Below are positions 11,201 through 26,092 of a stretch of DNA of 64,000 bases, piece after piece (positions within the stretch are counted from its first letter, which is position 1; every line of letters starts with the position of its first letter). This DNA is from the human T2T-CHM13v2.0 reference genome, Homo sapiens. The stretch lies in NCBI RefSeq assembly GCF_009914755.1, contig NC_060941.1. The stretch is one strand, 5' to 3'. Both the position numbers and the translations under genes were made by a program. The notes beneath the pieces were generated by a model. It saw only the letters and a list, made by a program, of their open reading frames with translations, was not told the DNA's origin and made no database searches.

Positions 11201-14200
11201 CTCTTTTAGTAGAAACTGCAAGTGGATAACTGCACTTCTTTGAGGCCTATCGTAGTAAAGGAAATAACTTCCTATTAAAACAAGACAGAAGCTTTCTCAG
11301 AAAATTCTCTGGGATGATTGAGTTGAACTCACAGAGCAGTACTTTCCTTGGGATGGAGTAGTTTCGAAACACACTTTCTGTAGAATCTGCAAGTGGATAT
11401 TTGGACCTGTCTGAGGAATTCGTTGCAAACGGGATAATTTCAGCTAAGTAAACAGAAGCAGTCTCAGAATCTTCCTGTGATGTTTGCATTCAAATCCCAG
11501 AATTGAACCTCCCTTTGAAAGTTCAGGTTGGAAACACTCTTTTTGCAGGATCTACAAGTGGATATTCGGACCACTCTGTGGACTTCGTTCGAAACGGGTA
11601 TATCTTCACATAACATCTAGACAGAAGCATTCTCAGAAACTTTTCTGTGATGACTGCATTCAACTCACAGAGTTCAACACTCCTTTTGAGAGCGCAGTTT
11701 GGAAACTCTCTTTCTCTGGAATCTGCAAGGGGACATGCAGACCTCTTTGAAGGTTTCGTTGGAAACGGAATCATCTTCACATAAAAATTACACAGAAGCA
11801 TTCTCAGGAACTCCTTGGTGATGTTTGTATTCAACTTCCAGAGTTGAACTTTCCTTCGGAAAGAACAGCTATGAAACACTCTTTTTTTAGAATCTGCAAG
11901 TGGACATTGGGAGGGCTGTGAGGTTTGTGGTGGAAAAGGAAATATCTCCACATAAATACTAGATAGAAGCCTTCTCAGAAACTACTTTGTGATGATTGCA
12001 TTCACCTCACGGAGTGGAGCATTCCTATTGACAGAGCAGTTTGGAAACACTCTTGTTGTAGAATCTGCTAGTGGAGATTTGGAGCGCTTTGAGGCCTATG
12101 GTAGTAAAGGGAAGAGCTTCACATAAAATCTAGACACAAGCATTCTCAGAAAATACTTTGTGATGATTGAGTTTAACACACAGAGCTGCACATTCCTTTG
12201 GATGGAGAAGGTTTGAAACACACTTTCTGTAGAATCTGCGAGTGGATATTTGGAACTCTCTGAGGATTTCGTTGGAAACGGGATAACTGCACCTAACTAA
12301 ACGGAAGCATTCTCACAAAATTCTTTGTGATGTTTGCATTCAAATCCCAGAGTTGACCCTTCCTTTGATAGTTCAGCTTTGAAACACTCTTTTTGTAGGA
12401 TCTGCAAGTGGATATTTGGACCACTCTTTGGCCTTCGTTCGAAACGGGTACATCTTCAAATAAAATCTAGACAGAAGCCTTCTCAGAAACTTCTCTGTGA
12501 CGATTGCATTCAACTCACAGCGTTGAACCCTCCTATGGATAGAGCAGTTTTGAATCTCTCTTTTTGTGGAATCTGCAAGTGGATATGTGGTCCTCTTTGA
12601 AGATGTCTTTGGAAACGGGAATATCTTCACATAAAAACTAAACAGAAGCATTCTCAGAAACTTCTCTGTGATGTTTGTGTTCAACTCACAGAGTTTCACG
12701 TTGCTTTTCATAGAGCAGATGAGAAACATGCTTTTCGTAGGGTCTGCAAGTGGACATTTGGAGAGATTTCAGGCCTGTGGTGGAAAACGAATTATCGTCA
12801 CGTAAAAACTAGAGAGAAGCATTGTCAGAAACTTGTTTGTGATGACTGCATTCAACTCACAGAGTTGAAGGTTCCTTTTCAAACAGCAGTTTCCAAACAC
12901 TCTTTCTGTGGCATCTGCAAGTGGATGTTTGGGCCTCTTTGAAGATTTCGTTGGAAACGGGATACTCGTCACAGAAAAGCTAAACAGAAGCATTCTCAGA
13001 AACTTCTTTGTGATGTTTGCTTTCAACTCACAGAGTTGAACTTTCCTTTTCAGAGAGAAGCTTTGAAACACTCTTTTTCTAGAATCTGCAAGTGGATATT
13101 TGGAGGGCTTTGAGGCCTGAGGTGGAAAAGGAATTATCTTCCCGTAAGAACTAGATAGATGCATTCTCAGAAACTACTTTGTGACGATTGCATTCAAGTC
13201 ACAGAGGTGAACATTCCCTTTCAGAGAGCACTTTGGAAACTCTCGTTGTGTAGAATCTGCAAGTGGAGATATGGACTGCTTTGAGGCCTATGGTAGTAAA
13301 GGAAACAGCTTCATATAAAAACTAGACAGCAGCATTCTCAGAAAACTCTTTGTGACGACTGAGTTTAACTCACAGGGCTGAACATTCCTTTGGATGGAGC
13401 AGTTTGGAAACACACTATCTGTAGGATCTGCAAGCGGATACTTGGGCCTCTCTGAGGATTTCGTTGGAAACGGGATAAACCGCACAGAACTAAACAGAAG
13501 CATTCTCAGAACCTTCTTCGTGATGTTTGCATTCAACCCACAGTGTTGAACCTTTCTTTGATAGTTCAGGTTTGAAACACTCTTTTAGTAGAAACTGCAA
13601 GTGGATAACTGCACTTCTTTGAGGCCTATCGTAGTAAAGGAAATAACTTCCTATAAAAACAAGACAGAAGCTTTCTCAGAAAATTCTCTGGGATGATTGA
13701 GTTGAACTCACAGAGCAGTACTTTCCTTGGGATGGAGTAGTTTCGAAACACACTTTCTGTAGAATCTGCAAGTGGATATTTGGACCTGTCTGAGGAATTC
13801 GTTGCAAACTGGATAATTTCAGCTAAGTAAACAGAAGCAGTCTCAGAATCCTCCTGTGATGTTTGCATTCAAATCCCAGAATTGAACCTTCCTTTGAAAG
13901 TTCAGGTTGGAAACACTCTTTTTGCAGGATCTACAAGTGGATATTCGGACCACTCTGTGGACTTCGTTCGAAACGGGTATATCTTCACATAACATCTAGA
14001 CAGAAGCATTCTCAGAAACTTTTCTGTGATGACTGCATTCAACTCACAGAGTTCAACACTCCTTTTGAGAGCGCAGTTTGGAAACTCTCTTTCTCTGGAA
14101 TCTGCAAGGGGACATGCAGACCTCTTTGAAGGTTTCGTTGGAAACGGAATCATCTTCACATAAAAATTACACAGAAGCATTCTCAGGAACTCCTTGGTGA

Positions 14201-17200
14201 TGTTTGTATTCAACTTCCAGAGTTGAACTTTCCTTCGGAAAGAACAGCTATGAAACACTCTTTTTTTAGAATCTGCAAGTGGACATTGGGAGGGCTGTGA
14301 GGTTTGTGGTGGAAAAGGAAATATCTCCACATAAATACTAGATAGAAGCCTTCTCAGAAACTACTTTGTGATGATTGCATTCACCTCACGGAGTGGAGCA
14401 TTCCTATTGACAGAGCAGTTTGGAAACACTCTTGTTGTAGAATCTGCTAGTGGAGATTTGGAGCGCTTTGAGGCCTATGGTAGTAAAGGGAAGAGCTTCA
14501 CATAAAATCTAGACACAAGCATTCTCAGAAAATACTTTGTGATGATTGAGTTTAACACACAGAGCTGCACATTCCTTTGGATGGAGAAGGTTTGAAACAC
14601 ACTTTCTGTAGAATCTGCGAGTGGATATTTGGAACTCTCTGAGGATTTCGTTGGAAACGGGATAACTGCACCTAACTAAACGGAAGCATTCTCACAAAAT
14701 TCTTTGTGATGTTTGCATTCAAATCCCAGAGTTGACCCTTCCTTTGATAGTTCAGCTTTGAAACACTCTTTTTGTAGGATCTGCAAGTGGATATTTGGAC
14801 CACTCTTTGGCCTTCGTTCGAAACGGGTACATCTTCAAATAAAATCTAGACAGAAGCCTTCTCAGAAACTTCTCTGTGACGATTGCATTGAACTCACAGC
14901 GTTGAACCCTCCTATGGATAGAGCAGTTTTGAATCTCTCTTTTTGTGGAATCTGCAAGTGGATATGTGGTCCTCTTTGAAGATGTCTTTGGAAACGGGAA
15001 TATCTTCAAATAAAAACTAAACAGAAGCATTCTCAGAAACTTCTCTGTGATGTTTGTGTTCAACTCACAGAGTTTCACGTTGCTTTTCATACAGCAGATG
15101 AGAAACATGCTTTTCGTAGGGTCTGCAAGTGGACATTTGGAGAGATTTCAGGCCTGTGGTGGAAAACGAATTATCGTCACGTAAAAACTAGAGAGAAGCA
15201 TTGTCAGAAACTTGTTTGTGATGACTGCATTCAACTCACAGAGTTGAAGGTTCCTTTTCAAACAGCAGTTTCCAAACACTCTTTCTGTGGCATCTGCAAG
15301 TGGATGTTTGGGCCTCTTTGAAGATTTCGTTGGAAACGGGATACTCTTCACAGAAAAGCTAAACAGAAGCATTCTCAGAAACTTATTTGTGATGTTTGCT
15401 TTCAACTCACAGAGTTGAACTTTCCTTTTGAGAGAGAAGCTTTGAAACACTCTTTTTCTAGAATCTGCAAGTGGATATTTGGAGGGCTTTGAGGCCTGTG
15501 GTGGAAAAGGAATTATCTTCCCGTAAGAACTAGATAGATGCATTCTCAGAAACTACTTTGTGACGATTGCATTCAAGTCACAGAGGTGAACATTCCCTTT
15601 CAGAGAGCACTTTGGAAACTCTCGTTGTGTAGAATCTGCAAGTGGAGATATGGACTGCTTTGAGGCCTATGGTAGTAAAGGAAACAGCTTCATATAAAAA
15701 CTAGACAGCAGCATTCTCAGAAAACTCTTTGTGACGACTGAGTTTAACTCACAGGGCTGAACATTCCTTTGGATGGAGCAGTTTGGAAACACACTATCTG
15801 TAGGATCTGCAAGCGGATACTTGGGCCTCTCTGAGGATTTCGTTGGAAACGGGATAAACCGCACAGAACTAAACAGAAGCATTCTCAGAACCTTCTTCGT
15901 GATGTTTGCATTCAACCCACAGTGTTGAACCTTTCTTTGATAGTTCAGGTTTGAAACACTCTTTTAGTAGAAACTGCAAGTGGATAACTGCACTTCTTTG
16001 AGGCCTATCGTAGTAAAGGAAATAACTTCCTATAAAAACAAGACAGAAGCTTTCTCAGAAAATTCTCTGGGATGATTGAGTTGAACTCACAGAGCAGTAC
16101 TTTCCTTGGGATGGAGTAGTTTCGAAACACACTTTCTGTAGAATCTGCAAGTGGATATTTGGACCTGTCTGAGGAATTCTTTGCAAACGGGATAATTTCA
16201 GCTAAGTAAACAGAAGCAGTCTCAGAATCTTCTTGTGATGTTTGCATTCAAATCCCAGAATTGAACCTTCCTTTGAAAGTTCAGGTTGGAAACACTCTTT
16301 TTGCAGGATCTACAAGTGGATATTCGGACCACTCTGTGGACTTCGTTCGAAACGGGTATATCTTCACATAACATCTAGACAGAAGCATTCTCAGAAACTT
16401 TTCTGTGATGACTGTATTCAACTCACAGAGTTGAACACTCCTTTCGAGAGCGCAGTTTTGAAACTCTCTTTCTCTGGAATCTGCAAGGGGACATGCAGAC
16501 CTCTTTGAAGGTTTCGTTGGAAACGGAATCATCTTCACATAAAAATTACACAGAAGCATCCTCAGGAACTCCTTGGTGATGTTTGTATTCAACTTCCAGA
16601 GTTGAACTTTCCTTCGGAAAGAGCAGCTATGAAACACTCTTTTTCTAGAATCTGCAAGTGGACATTGGGAGGGCTGTGAGGTTTGTGGTGGAAAAGGAAT
16701 TATCTCCACATAAATACTAGATAGAAGCCTTCTCAGAAACTACTTTGTGATGATTGCATTCACCTCACGGAGTGGAGCATTCCTATTGACAGAGCAGTTT
16801 GGAAACACTCTTATTGTAGAATCTGCTAGTGGAGATTTGGAGCGCTTTGAGGCCTATGGTAGTAAAGGGAAGAGCTTCACATAAAATCTAGACAGAAGCA
16901 TTCTCAGAAAATACTTTGTGATGATTGAGTTTAACACACAGAGCTGCACATTCCTTTGGATGGAGAAGGTTTGAAACACACTTTCTGGAGAATCTGCGAG
17001 TGGATATTTGGACCTCTCTGAGGATTTCGTTGGAAACGGGATAACTGCACCTAACTAAACGGAAGCATTCTCACAAAATTCTTTGTGATGTTTGCATTCA
17101 AATCCCAGAGTTGACCGTTCCTTTGATAGTTCAGCTTTGAAACATTCTTTTTGTAGGTTCTGCAAGTGGATATTTGGACCACTCTTTGGCCTTCGTTCGA

Positions 17201-20200
17201 AACGGGTACATCTTCAAATAAAATCTAGACAGAAGCCTTCTCAGAAACTTCTCTGTGACGATTGCATTCAACTCAAAGCGTTGAACCCTCGTATGGATAG
17301 AGCAGTTTTGAATCTCTCTTTTTGTGGAATCTGCAAGTGGATATGTGGTCCTCTTTGAAGATGTCTTTGGAAACGGGAATATCTTCACATAAAAACTAAA
17401 CAGAAGCATTCTCAGAAACTTCTCTGTGATGTTTGTGTTCAACTCACAGAGTTTCACGTTGCTTTTCATAGAGCAGATGAGAAACATACTTTTCGTAGGG
17501 TCTGCAAGTGGACATTTGGAGAGATTTCAGGCCTGTGGTGGAAAACGAATTATCGTCACGTAAAAACTAGAGAGAAGCATTGTCAGAAACTTGTTTGTGA
17601 TGACTGCATTCAACTCACAGAGTTGAAGGTTCCTTTTCAAACAGCAGTTTCCAAACACTCTTTCTGTGGCATCTGCAAGTGGATGTTTGGGCCTCTTTGA
17701 AGATTTCGTTGGAAACGGGATAATCTTCACAGAAAAGCTAAACAGAAGCATTCTCAGAAACTTCTTTGTGATGTTTGCTTTCAACTCACAGAGTTGAACT
17801 TTCCTTTTGAGAGAGAAGCTTTGAAACACTCTTTTTCTAGAATCTGCAAGTGGATATTTGGAGGGCTTTGAGGCCTGTGGTGGAAAAGGAATTATCTTCC
17901 CGTAAGAACTAGATAGATGCATTCTCAGAAACTACTTTGTGACGATTGCATTCAAGTCACAGAGGTGAACATTCCCTTTCAGAGAGCACTTTGGAAACTC
18001 TCGTTGTGTAGAATCTGCAAGTGGAGATATGGACCGCTTTGAGGCCTATGGTAGTAAAGGAAACAGCTTCATATAAAAACTAGACAGCAGCATTCTCAGA
18101 AAACTCTTTGTGACGACTGAGTTTAACTCACAGGGCTGAACATTCCTTTGGATGGAGCAGTTTGGAAACACACTATCTGTAGGATCTGCAAGCGGATACT
18201 TGGGCCTCTCTGAGGATTTCGTTGGAAACGGGATAAACCACACAGAACTAAACAGAAGCATTCTCAGAACCTTCTTCGTGATGTTTGCATTCAACCCACA
18301 GTGTTGAACCTTTCTTTGATAGTTCAGGTTTGAAACACTCTTTTAGTAGAAACTGCAAGTGGATAACTGCACTTCTTTGAGGCCTATCGTAGTAAAGGAA
18401 ATAACTTCCTATAAAAACAAGACAGAAGCTTTCTCAGAAAATTCTCTGGGATGATTGAGTTGAACTCACAGAGCAGTACTTTCCTTGGGATGGAGTAGTT
18501 TCGAAACACACTTTCTGTAGAATCTGCAAGTGGATATTTGGACCTGTCTGAGGAATTCGTTGCAAACGGGATAATTTCAGCTAAGTAAACAGAAGCAGTC
18601 TCAGAATCTTCTTGTGATGTTTGCATTCAAATCCCAGAATTGAACATTCCTTTGAAAGTTCAGGTTGGAAACACTCTTTTTGCAGGATCTACAAGTGGAT
18701 ATTCGGACCACTCTGTGGACTTCGTTCGAAACGGGTATATCTTCACATAACATCTAGACAGAAGCATTCTCAGAAACTTTTCTGTGATGACTGCATTCAA
18801 CTCACAGAGTTGAACACTCCTTTTGAGAGCGCAGTTTGGAAACTCTCTTTCTCTGGAATCTGCAAGGGGACATGCAGACCTCTTTGAAGGTTTCGTTGGA
18901 AACGGAATCATCTTCACATAAAAATTACACAGAAGCATTCTCAGGAACTCCTTGGTGATGTTTGTATTCAACTTCCAGAGTTGAACTTTCCTTCGGAAAG
19001 AGCAGCTATGAAACACTCTTTTTCTAGAATCTGCAAGTGGACATTGGGAGGGCTGTGAGGTTTGTGCTGGAAAAGGAAATATCTCCACATAAATACTAGA
19101 TAGAAGCCTTCTCAGAAACTACTTTGTGATGATTGCATTCACCTCACGGAGTGGAGCATTCCTATTGACAGAGCAGTTTGGAAACACTCTTGTTGTAGAA
19201 TCTGCTAGTGGAGATTTGGAGCGCTTTGAGGCCTATGGTAGTAAAGGGAAGAGCTTCACATAAAATCTAGACACAAGCATTCTCAGAAAATACTTTGTGA
19301 TGATTGAGTTTAACACACAGAGCTGCACATTCCTTTGGATGGAGAAGGTTTGAAACACACTTTCTGTAGAATCTGCGAGTGGATATTTGGAACTCTCTGA
19401 GGATTTCGTTGGAAACGGGATAACTGCACCTAACTAAACGGAAGCATTCTCACAAAATTCTTTGTGATGTTTGCATTCAAATCCCAGAGTTGAACCTTCC
19501 TTTGATAGTTCAGCTTTGAAACACTCTTTTTGTAGGATCTGCAAGTGGATATTTGGACCACTCTTTGGCCTTCGTTCGAAACGGGTACATCTTCAAATAA
19601 AATCTAGACAGAAGCCTTCTCAGAAACTTCTCTGTGACGATTGCATTCAACCCAAAGAGTTGAACCCTCCTATGGATAGAGCAGTTTTGAATCTCTCTTT
19701 TTGTGGAATCTGCAAGTGGATATGTGGTCCTCTTTGAAGATGTCTTTGGAAACGGGAATATCTTCAAATAAAAACTAAACAGAAGCATTCTCAGAAACTT
19801 CTCTGTGATGTTTGTGTTCAACTCACAGAGTTTCACGTTGCTTTTCATACAGCAGATGAGAAACATGCTTTTCGTAGGGTCTGCAAGTGGACATTTGGAG
19901 AGATTTCAGGCCTGTGGTGGAAAACGAATTATCGTCACGTAAAAACTAGAGAGAAGCATTGTCAGAAACTTGTTTGTGATGACTGCATTCAACTCACAGA
20001 GTTGAAGGTTCCTTTTCAAACAGCAGTTTCCAAACACTCTTTCTGTGGCATCTGCAAGTGGATGTTTGGGCCTCTTTGAAGATTTCGTTGGAAACGGGAT
20101 ACTCTTCACAGAAAAGCTAAACAGATGCATTCTCAGAAACTTCTTTGTGATGTTTGCTTTCAACTCACAGAGTTGAACTTTCCTTTTGAGAGAGAAGCTT

Positions 20201-23200
20201 TGAAACACTCTTTTTCTAGAATCTGCAAGTGGATATTTGGAGGGCTTTGAGGCCTGTGGTGGAAAAGGAATTATCTTCCCGTAAGAACTAGATAGATGCA
20301 TTCTCAGAAACTACTTTGTGACGATTGCATTCAAGTCACGGAGGTGAACATTCCCTTTCAGAGAGCACTTTGGAAACTCTCGTTGTGTAGAATCTGCAAG
20401 TGGAGATATGGACCGCTTTGAGGCCTATGGTAGTAAAGGAAACAACTTCATATAAAAACTAGACAGCAGCATTCTCAGAAAACTCTTTGTGACGACTGAG
20501 TTTAACTCACAGGGCTGAACATTCCTTTGGATGGAGCAGTTTGGAAACACACTATCTGTAGGATCTGCAAGCGGATACTTGGGCCTCTCTGAGGATTTCG
20601 TTGGAAACGGGATAAACCGCACAGAACTAAACAGAAGCATTCTCAGAACTTTCTTCGTGATGTTTGCATTCAACCCACAGTGTTGAACCTTTCTTTGATA
20701 GTTCAGGTTTGAAACACTCTTTTTGTAGAAACTGCAAGTGGATAACTGCACTTCTTTGAGGCCTATCGTAGTAAAGGAAATAACTTCCTATAAAAACAAG
20801 ACAGAAGCTTTCTCAGAAAATTCTCTGGGATGATTGAGTTGAACTCACAGAGCAGTACTTTCCTTGGGATGGAGTAGTTTCGAAACACACTTTCTGTAGA
20901 ATCTGCAAGTGGATATTTGGACCTGTCTGAGGAATTCGTTGCAAACGGGATAATTTCAGCTAAGTAAACAGAAGCAGTCTCAGAATCTTCCTGTGATGTT
21001 TGCATTCAAATCCCAGAATTGAACCTTCCTTTGAAAGTTCAGGTTGGAAACACTCTTTTTGCAGGATCTACAAGTGGATATTCGGACCACTCTGTGGACT
21101 TCGTTCGAAACGGGTATATCTTCACATAACATCTAGACAGAAGCATTCTCAGAAACTTTTCTGTGATGACTGCATTCAACTCACAGAGTTGAACACTCCT
21201 TTTGAGAGCGCAGTTTTGAAACTCTCTTTCTCTGGAATCTGCAAGGGGACATGCAGACCTCTTTGAAGGTTTCGTTGGAAACGGAATCATCTTCACATAA
21301 AAATTACACAGAAGCATTCTCAGGAACTCCTTGGTGATGTTTGTATTCAACTTCCAGAGTTGAACTTTCCTTCGGAAAGAGCAGCTATGAAACACTCTTT
21401 TTCTAGAATCTGCAAGTGGACATTGGGAGGGCTGTGAGGTTTGTGGTGGAAAAGGAAATATCTCCACATAAATACTAGATAGAAGCCTTCTCAGAAACTA
21501 CTTTGTGATGATTGCATTCACCTCACGGAGTGGAGCATTCCTATTGACAGAGCAGTTTGGAAACACTCTTGTTGTAGAATCTGCTAGTGGAGATTTGGAG
21601 CGCTTTGAGGCCTATGGTAGTAAAGGGAAGAGCTTCACATAAAATCTTGACAGAAGCATTCTCAGAAAATACTTTGTGATGATTGAGTTTAACACACAGA
21701 GCTGAACATTCCTTTGGATGGAGAAGGTTTGAAACACACTTTCTGTAGAATCTGCGAGTGGATATTTGGACCTCTCTGAGGATTTCGTTGGAAACGGGAT
21801 AACTGCACCTAACTAAACGGAAGCATTCTCACAAAATTCTTTGTGATGTTTGCATTCAAATCCCAGAGTTGAACCTTCCTTTGATAGTTCAGCTTTGAAA
21901 CACTCTTTTTGTAGGATCTGCAAGTGGATATTTGGACCACTCTTTGGCCTTCGTTCGAAACGGGTACATCTTCAAATAAAATCTAGACAGAAGCCTTCTC
22001 AGAAACTTCTCTGTGACGATTGCATTCAACAAAAAGAGTTGAACCGTAATACGGATAGAGCAGTTTTGAATCTCTCTTTTTGTGGAATCTGCAAGTGGAT
22101 ATGTGGTCCTCTTTGAAGATGTCTTTGGAAACGGGAATATCTTCACATAAAAACTAAACAGAAGCATTCTCAGAAACTTCTCTGTGATGTTTGTGTTCAA
22201 CTCACAGAGTTTCACGTTGCTTTTCATACAGCAGATGAGAAACATACTTTTCGTAGGGTCTGCAAGTGGACATTTGGAGAGATTTCAGGCCTGTGGTGGA
22301 AAACGAATTATCGTCACGTAAAAACTAGAGAGAAGCATTGTCAGAAACTTGTTTGTGATGACTGCATTCAACTCACAGAGTTGAAGGTTCCTTTTCAAAC
22401 AGCAGTTTCCAAACACTCTTTCTGTGGCATCTGCAAGTGGATGTTTGGGCCTCTTTGAAGATTTCGTTGGAAACGGGATACTCTTCACAGAAAAGCTAAA
22501 CAGAAGCATTCTCAGAAACTTCTTTGTGATGTTTGCTTTCAACTCACAGAGTTGAACTTTCCTTTTGAGAGAGAAGCTTTGAAACACTCTTTTTCTAGAA
22601 TCTGCAAGTGGATATTTGGAGGGCTTTGAGGCCTGTGGTGGAAAAGGAATTATCTTCCCATAAGAACTAGATAGATGCATTCTCAGAAACTACTTTGTGA
22701 CGATTGCATTCAAGTCACAGAGGTGAACATTCCCTTTCAGAGAGCACTTTGGAAACTCTCGTTGTGTAGAATCTGCAAGTGGAGATATGGACTGCTTTGA
22801 GGCCTATGGTAGTAAAGGAAACAGCTTCATATAAAAACTAGACAGCAGCATTCTCAGAAAACTCTTTGTGACGACTGAGTTTAACTCACAGGGCTGAACA
22901 TTCCTTTGGATGGAGCAGTTTGGAAACACACTATCTGTAGGATCTGCAAGCGGATACTTGGGCCTCTCTGAGGATTTCGTTGGAAACGGGATAAACCGCA
23001 CAGAACTAAACAGAAGCATTCTCAGAACCTTCTTCGTGATGTTTGCATTCAACCCACAGTGTTGAACCTTTCTTTGATAGTTCAGGTTTGAAACACTCTT
23101 TTAGTAGAAACTGCAAGTGGATAACTGCACTTCTTTGAGGCCTATCGTAGTAAAGGAAATAACTTCCTATAAAAACAAGACAGAAGCTTTCTCAGAAAAT

Positions 23201-26092
23201 TCTCTGGGATGATTGAGTTGAACTCACAGAGCAGTACTTTCCTTGGGATGGAGTAGTTTCGAAACACACTTTCTGTAGAATCTGCAAGTGGATATTTGGA
23301 CCTGTCTGAGGAATTCGTTGCAAACGGGATAATTTCAGCTAAGTAAACAGAAGCAGTCTCAGAATCTTCTTGTGATGTTTGCATTCAAATCCCAGAATTG
23401 AACCTTCCTTTGAAAGTTCAGGTTGGAAACACTCTTTTTGCAGGATCTACAAGTGGATATTCGGACCACTCTGTGGACTTCGTTCGAAACGGGTATATCT
23501 TCACATAACATCTAGACAGAAGCATTCTCAGAAACTTTTCTGTGATGACTGCATTCAACTCACAGAGTTGAACACTCCTTTTGAGAGCGCAGTTTTGAAA
23601 CTCTCTTTCTCTGGAATCTGCAAGGGGACATGCAGACCTCTTTGAAGGTTTCGTTGGAAACGGAATCATCTTCACATAAAAATTACACAGAAGCATTCTC
23701 AGGAACTCCTTGGTGATGTTTGTATTCAACTTCCAGAGTTGAACTTTCCTTCGGAAAGAGCAGCTATGAAACACTCTTTTTCTAGAATCTGCAAGTGGAC
23801 ATTGGGAGGGCTGTGAGGTTTGTGGTGGAAAAGGAAATATCTCCACATAAATACTAGATAGAAGCCTTCTCAGAAACTACTTTGTGATGATTGCATTCAC
23901 CTCACGGAGTGGAGCATTCCTATTGACAGAGCAGTTTGGAAACACTCTTGTTGTAGAATCTGCTAGTGGAGATTTGGAGCGCTTTGAGGCCTATGGTAGT
24001 AAAGGGAAGAGCTTCACATAAAATCTAGACAGAAGCATTCTCAGAAAATACTTTGTGATGATTGAGTTTAACACACAGAGCTGCACATTCCTTTGGATGG
24101 AGAAGGTTTGAAACACACTTTCTGTAGAATCTGCGAGTGGATATTTGGACCTCTCTGAGGATTTCGTTGGAAACGGGATAACTGCACCTAACTAAACGGA
24201 AGCATTCTCACAAAATTCTTTGTGATGTTTGCATTCAAATCCCAGAGTTGACCCTTCCTTTGATAGTTCAGCTTTGAAACACTCTTTTTGTAGGATCTGC
24301 AAGTGGATATTTGGACCACTCTTTGGCCTTCGTTCGAAACGGGTACATCTTCAAATAAAATCTAGACAGAAGCCTTCTCAGAAACTTCTCTGTGACGATT
24401 GCATTCAACTCACAGCGTTGAACCCTCCTATGGATAGAGCAGTTTTGAATCTCTCTTTTTGTGGAATCTGAGAGTGGATATGTGGTCCTCTTTGAAGATG
24501 TCTTTGGAAACGGGAATATCTTCAAATAAAAACTAAACAGAAGCATTCTCAGAAACTTCTCTGTGATGTTTGTGTTCAACTCACAGAGTTTCACGTTGCT
24601 TTTCATACAGCAGATGAGAAACATGCTTTTCGTAGGGTCTGCAAGTGGACATTTGGAGAGATTTCAGGCCTGTGGTGGAAAACGAATTATCGTCACGTAA
24701 AAACTAGAGAGAAGCATTGTCAGAAACTTGTTTGTGATGACTGCATTCAACTCACAGAGTTGAAGGTTCCTTTTCAAACAGCAGTTTCCAAACACTCTTT
24801 CTGTGGCATCTGCAAGTGGATGTTTGGGCCTCTTTGAAGATTTCGTTGGAAACGGGATACTCTTCACAGAAAAGCTAAACAGATGCATTCTCAGAAACTT
24901 CTTTGTGATGTTTGCTTTCAACTCACAGAGTTGAACTTTCCTTTTGAGAGAGAAGCTTTGAAACACTCTTTTTCTAGAATCTGCAAGTGGATATTTGGAG
25001 GGCTTTGAGGCCTGTGGTGGAAAAGGAATTATCTTCCCGTAAGAACTAGATAGATGCATTCTCAGAAACTACTTTGTGACGATTGCATTCAAGTCACGGA
25101 GGTGAACATTCCCTTTCAGAGAGCACTTTGGAAACTCTCGTTGTGTAGAATCTGCAAGTGGAGATATGGACCGCTTTGAGGCCTATGGTAGTAAAGGAAA
25201 CAACTTCATATAAAAACTAGACAGCAGCATTCTCAGAAAACTCTTTGTGACGACTGAGTTTAACTCACAGGGCTGAACATTCCTTTGGATGGAGCAGTTT
25301 GGAAACACACTATCTGTAGGATCTGCAAGCGGATACTTGGGCCTCTCTGAGGATTTCGTTGGAAACGGGATAAACCGCACAGAACTAAACAGAAGCATTC
25401 TCAGAACTTTCTTCGTGATGTTTGCATTCAACCCACAGTGTTGAACCTTTCTTTGATAGTTCAGGTTTGAAACACTCTTTTTGTAGAAACTGCAAGTGGA
25501 TAACTGCACTTCTTTGAGGCCTATCGTAGTAAAGGAAATAACTTCCTATAAAAACAAGACAGAAGCTTTCTCAGAAAATTCTCTGGGATGATTGAGTTGA
25601 ACTCACAGAGCAGTACTTTCCTTGGGATGGAGTAGTTTCGAAACACACTTTCTGTAGAATCTGCAAGTGGATATTTGGACCTGTCTGAGGAATTCGTTGC
25701 AAACGGGATAATTTCAGCTAAGTAAACAGAAGCAGTCTCAGAATCTTCCTGTGATGTTTGCATTCAAATCCCAGAATTGAACCTTCCTTTGAAAGTTCAG
25801 GTTGGAAACACTCTTTTTGCAGGATCTACAAGTGGATATTCGGACCACTCTGTGGACTTCGTTCGAAACGGGTATATCTTCACATAACATCTAGACAGAA
25901 GCATTCTCAGAAACTTTTCTGTGATGACTGCATTCAACTCACAGAGTTGAACACTCCTTTTGAGAGCGCAGTTTTGAAACTCTCTTTCTCTGGAATCTGC
26001 AAGGGGACATGCAGACCTCTTTGAAGGTTTCGTTGGAAACGGAATCATCTTCACATAAAAATTACACAGAAGCATTCTCAGGAACTCCTTGG

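Larger units (their letters stand above)
76..25749 (+). repeat. Left HOR haplotype block (H1-H11)
   Basis: m9 CENP-B box intact (TTTCG) and m5 GAGAGATTTC in all copies; m4 end TAAAAA; mostly m6 GATACTC, m7 CCTGTGG and m10 TTTTAGTAG. Confidence 0.8.

Noticed and set aside
13798-16195. m11 CENP-B box broken in adjacent H6 and H7
   Set aside because: Two different single-copy G>T changes (13810, 16180); consistent with chance and not propagated.
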